Shown piece by piece: positions 61,429 through 64,000 of a stretch of DNA of 64,000 bases. The translations under genes and the position numbers were made by a program. The first letter of the stretch is position 1. Each line of letters starts with the position of its first letter. The notes under the pieces are model-generated. The model saw only the letters and a program-made list of their open reading frames with translations. It did no database searches and was not told where the DNA came from. Source of the stretch: Squalus acanthias (Eukaryota); contig CM059432.1 of the NCBI GenBank assembly GCA_030390025.1, positions 142,292,001 to 142,356,000 on the forward strand, in the 5' to 3' direction.

Positions 61429-64000
61429 AGAATCATAGAAGATAGGAGCAGGAGTAGGCCATTCGGCCCCTCGAACCTGTTCCACCATTTGATGAGATCA
61501 TGGCTGATCATCCAAATTCAGTACCCTGTCCCTGCTTTCTCCCCATATCCCTTGATCCCTTTAGCCTTAAGAAATATATCTAACTCCTTCTTGAATATAT
61601 TTACTGAATTGGCCTCAACTGCCTTGTGTGGTAGAGAATTCCACAGGTTCACCACTCTCTGGGTGAAGAAATTCCTCCTCATCTCAGTCCTAAATGGCTT
61701 ACCCCTTATCCTTAGACTGTGACCCCTGGTTCTGGACTCCCCCGCCATCGGGAACATCCTTCCTGCATCTAGTCTGTTTAGTCCTGTTAGAATTTTATAA
61801 GTTTCAATGAGATCCCATCTCATTCTTCTAAACTCTGGTGAATATAAGCCTAATCGACCCAATCTCTCTTCATACGTCATTCCTGCCATCCCAGGTATCA
61901 GCCTGGTGAACCTTCGTTGCACTCTCTCCATGGCAAGACCATCCTTCCTCAGATAAGGTGACCAAAACTGCACACAATACTCAAGGTGTGGTCTCACCAA
62001 GGCCCTGTACAACTGCAGCAAGACATCCTTGCTCCTATACTCGAATCCTCTCGCTATGAAGGCCAACATACCATTTGCCTTCTTAACCGCCTGCTGCACC
62101 TGCATGCTTACCTTCAGCGACTGGTGCACAAGGACACCCAGGTCTCGTTGCACTTCCCCTTTTCCCAATCTATTGCCGTTCAGATAATAATCTGTCTTCC
62201 TCTTTTTGCCACCGAACTGGATAACCTCGCATTTATCCACATTATACTGCATTTGCCATGCATCTGCCCAATCACCCAACCTGTCCAAATCATACTGAAG
62301 TTTCTCTGCATCCTCCTCACCGCATACACGCCCACCCAGCTTTGTGTCATCTGCAAACTTGGAGATATTACATCTAGTTCCCTCGTCTAGATCATTTATA
62401 TATATTGTGAATAGATGGGGTCCTAGCACCGATCCCTGCGGTACCCCACTAGTCACTGCCTGCCACTCGGAAAAAGACCCGTTTATTCCAACTCTTTGCT
62501 TCCTGTCTGCCAACCAGTTCTCTATCCAAGACAGTACCTTACCCCCAATCCCGTGTGCTTTAACTTTGCATGCTAATCTCTTATGTGGGACCTTATCGAA
62601 AGCCTTCTGAAAGTCCAAATACACCACATCCACTGGTTCTTCCTTATCTATTCTACCAGTTACATCCTCAAAAAATTCCACTAGATTAGTCAAGCATGAT
62701 TTACTTTTTGTAAATCCATGTTGACTTTGTCCGATCCTGTCACTGTTTTCCAAGTGCTCTGCTATTACATCTTTTATAATGGACTCTAGCATTTTCCCCA
62801 CTACCGATGTCAGACTTACCGGTCTATAATTCTCCGTTTTCTCTCTACCACCTTTTTTAAATAGTGGGGTTACATTAGCTATCCTCCAATCCATGGGAAC
62901 TGTTCCAGAGTCTATAGAATTTTGGAAGATGACCAGCAATGCATCTACTATTTCTAGGGCCACTTCCTTAAGTACCCTAGGATGTAGATTATCAGGCCCT
63001 GGGGATTTATCGGCCTTCAATCCCGTTAATTTCCCTAACACCATTTCCCTACAAATACTGATTTCATTCAATTCCTCCCTCTCATTAGACCCTATGTTCC
63101 CCGACATCTCTGGGAGGTTATTTGTGTCCTCCTTTGTGAAGACAGAACCAAAGTATGTATTTAATTGGTCTTCCATTTCTTTGTTCCCCATTATAAATTC
63201 CCCTGATTCTGACTGCAAGGGACCTATGCTTGACTTCACCAATATTTTTCTCTTCACATATCTATAGAAGCTTTTACAGTCAGTTTTTATGTTCCCTGCA
63301 AGCTTACTCTCATAATCTATTTTCCCCCTCTTAATTAATCCCTTTGTCCTCCTTTGCTGAATCCTGAACTGCTCCCAATCCTCAGGTTTGCTGCTTTTTC
63401 TGGCCAAATTATATGCCCTCTCCTTGGATCTTATGCTATCCCTAATTTCCCTTGTTAGCCACGGTTGAGTCACCTTTTTTGTTTTATTTTTATGCCAGAC
63501 AGGGATGAACAAATTCTGTAGTTCATCCATGCGATCTTTAAATGTTTGCCATTGCCTATCCACCGTCAACCCTTTAAGTAACGTTCCCCAATCCATTCTA
63601 GCCAACTCGTGCCTCATACTATCCTAGTTTCCTTTATTTAAATTCAGGACCCTAGTCTCTGAGTCAACTACTTCACTCTCCATTTTAATGAAGAATTCTA
63701 TCATATTATGATCACTCCTCCCCAAGGGGCCTCGCACAACAAGATTGCTAATTAATCCTTTCTCATTACATAATACTCAGTCTAAGATGGCCTGATCTCT
63801 AGTTGGTTCCTTGACATATTGGTACAGGAAACCATCCCGTATACACTCTAGGAATTCCTCCTCCACAGTATTGTTACTAATTTGGTTAGCCCAATCTATA
63901 TGTAGATTAAAGTCACCCATGATAACTGCTGTGCCCTTATTGCACACGTCTCTAATTTCCCATTTAATGCCATCCCCAACCTCAGCATTACTGTTTGGGG
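61429..64000 (-). mobile_element. CR1 LINE of the same subfamily as 28512-32860; continues beyond the window
   Basis: 699-aa uninterrupted RT ORF 61518-63617, highly similar to 30781-32763; in-frame TAG near 63625. Confidence 0.95.

Noticed and set aside
60699..61511. 270-aa ORF as a novel gene
   Set aside because: It is a chance read-through from the CR1 3'UTR into the RTE fragment.

Overview
Eukaryotic, repeat-saturated, non-genic or intronic DNA. The mix of CR1, L2, Penelope, RTE, tRNA-headed DeuSINEs and Harbinger derivatives suggests a cartilaginous fish (shark); this is inference. I recognise no host protein-coding gene, rRNA, true tRNA gene or CRISPR array; the long ORFs are transposon-derived or come from tandem repeats. 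Main contents: a full-length CR1 LINE (28512-32860) with a 73-bp tandem-monomer 5'UTR and a 31-bp TSD; three more large CR1 copies; a probable solo LTR; two Harbinger derivatives with Myb/SANT pseudogenes; several MITEs; five Penelope remnants with hammerhead-ribozyme cores; an RTE fragment; and 32-bp and 31-bp tandem arrays. The most interesting signal: two divergent CR1 families both end ORF1 with T_TTA_AAC_TAA, with ORF2 open in the -1 frame, a candidate programmed ribosomal frameshift. Coordinates of degraded repeats are approximate.
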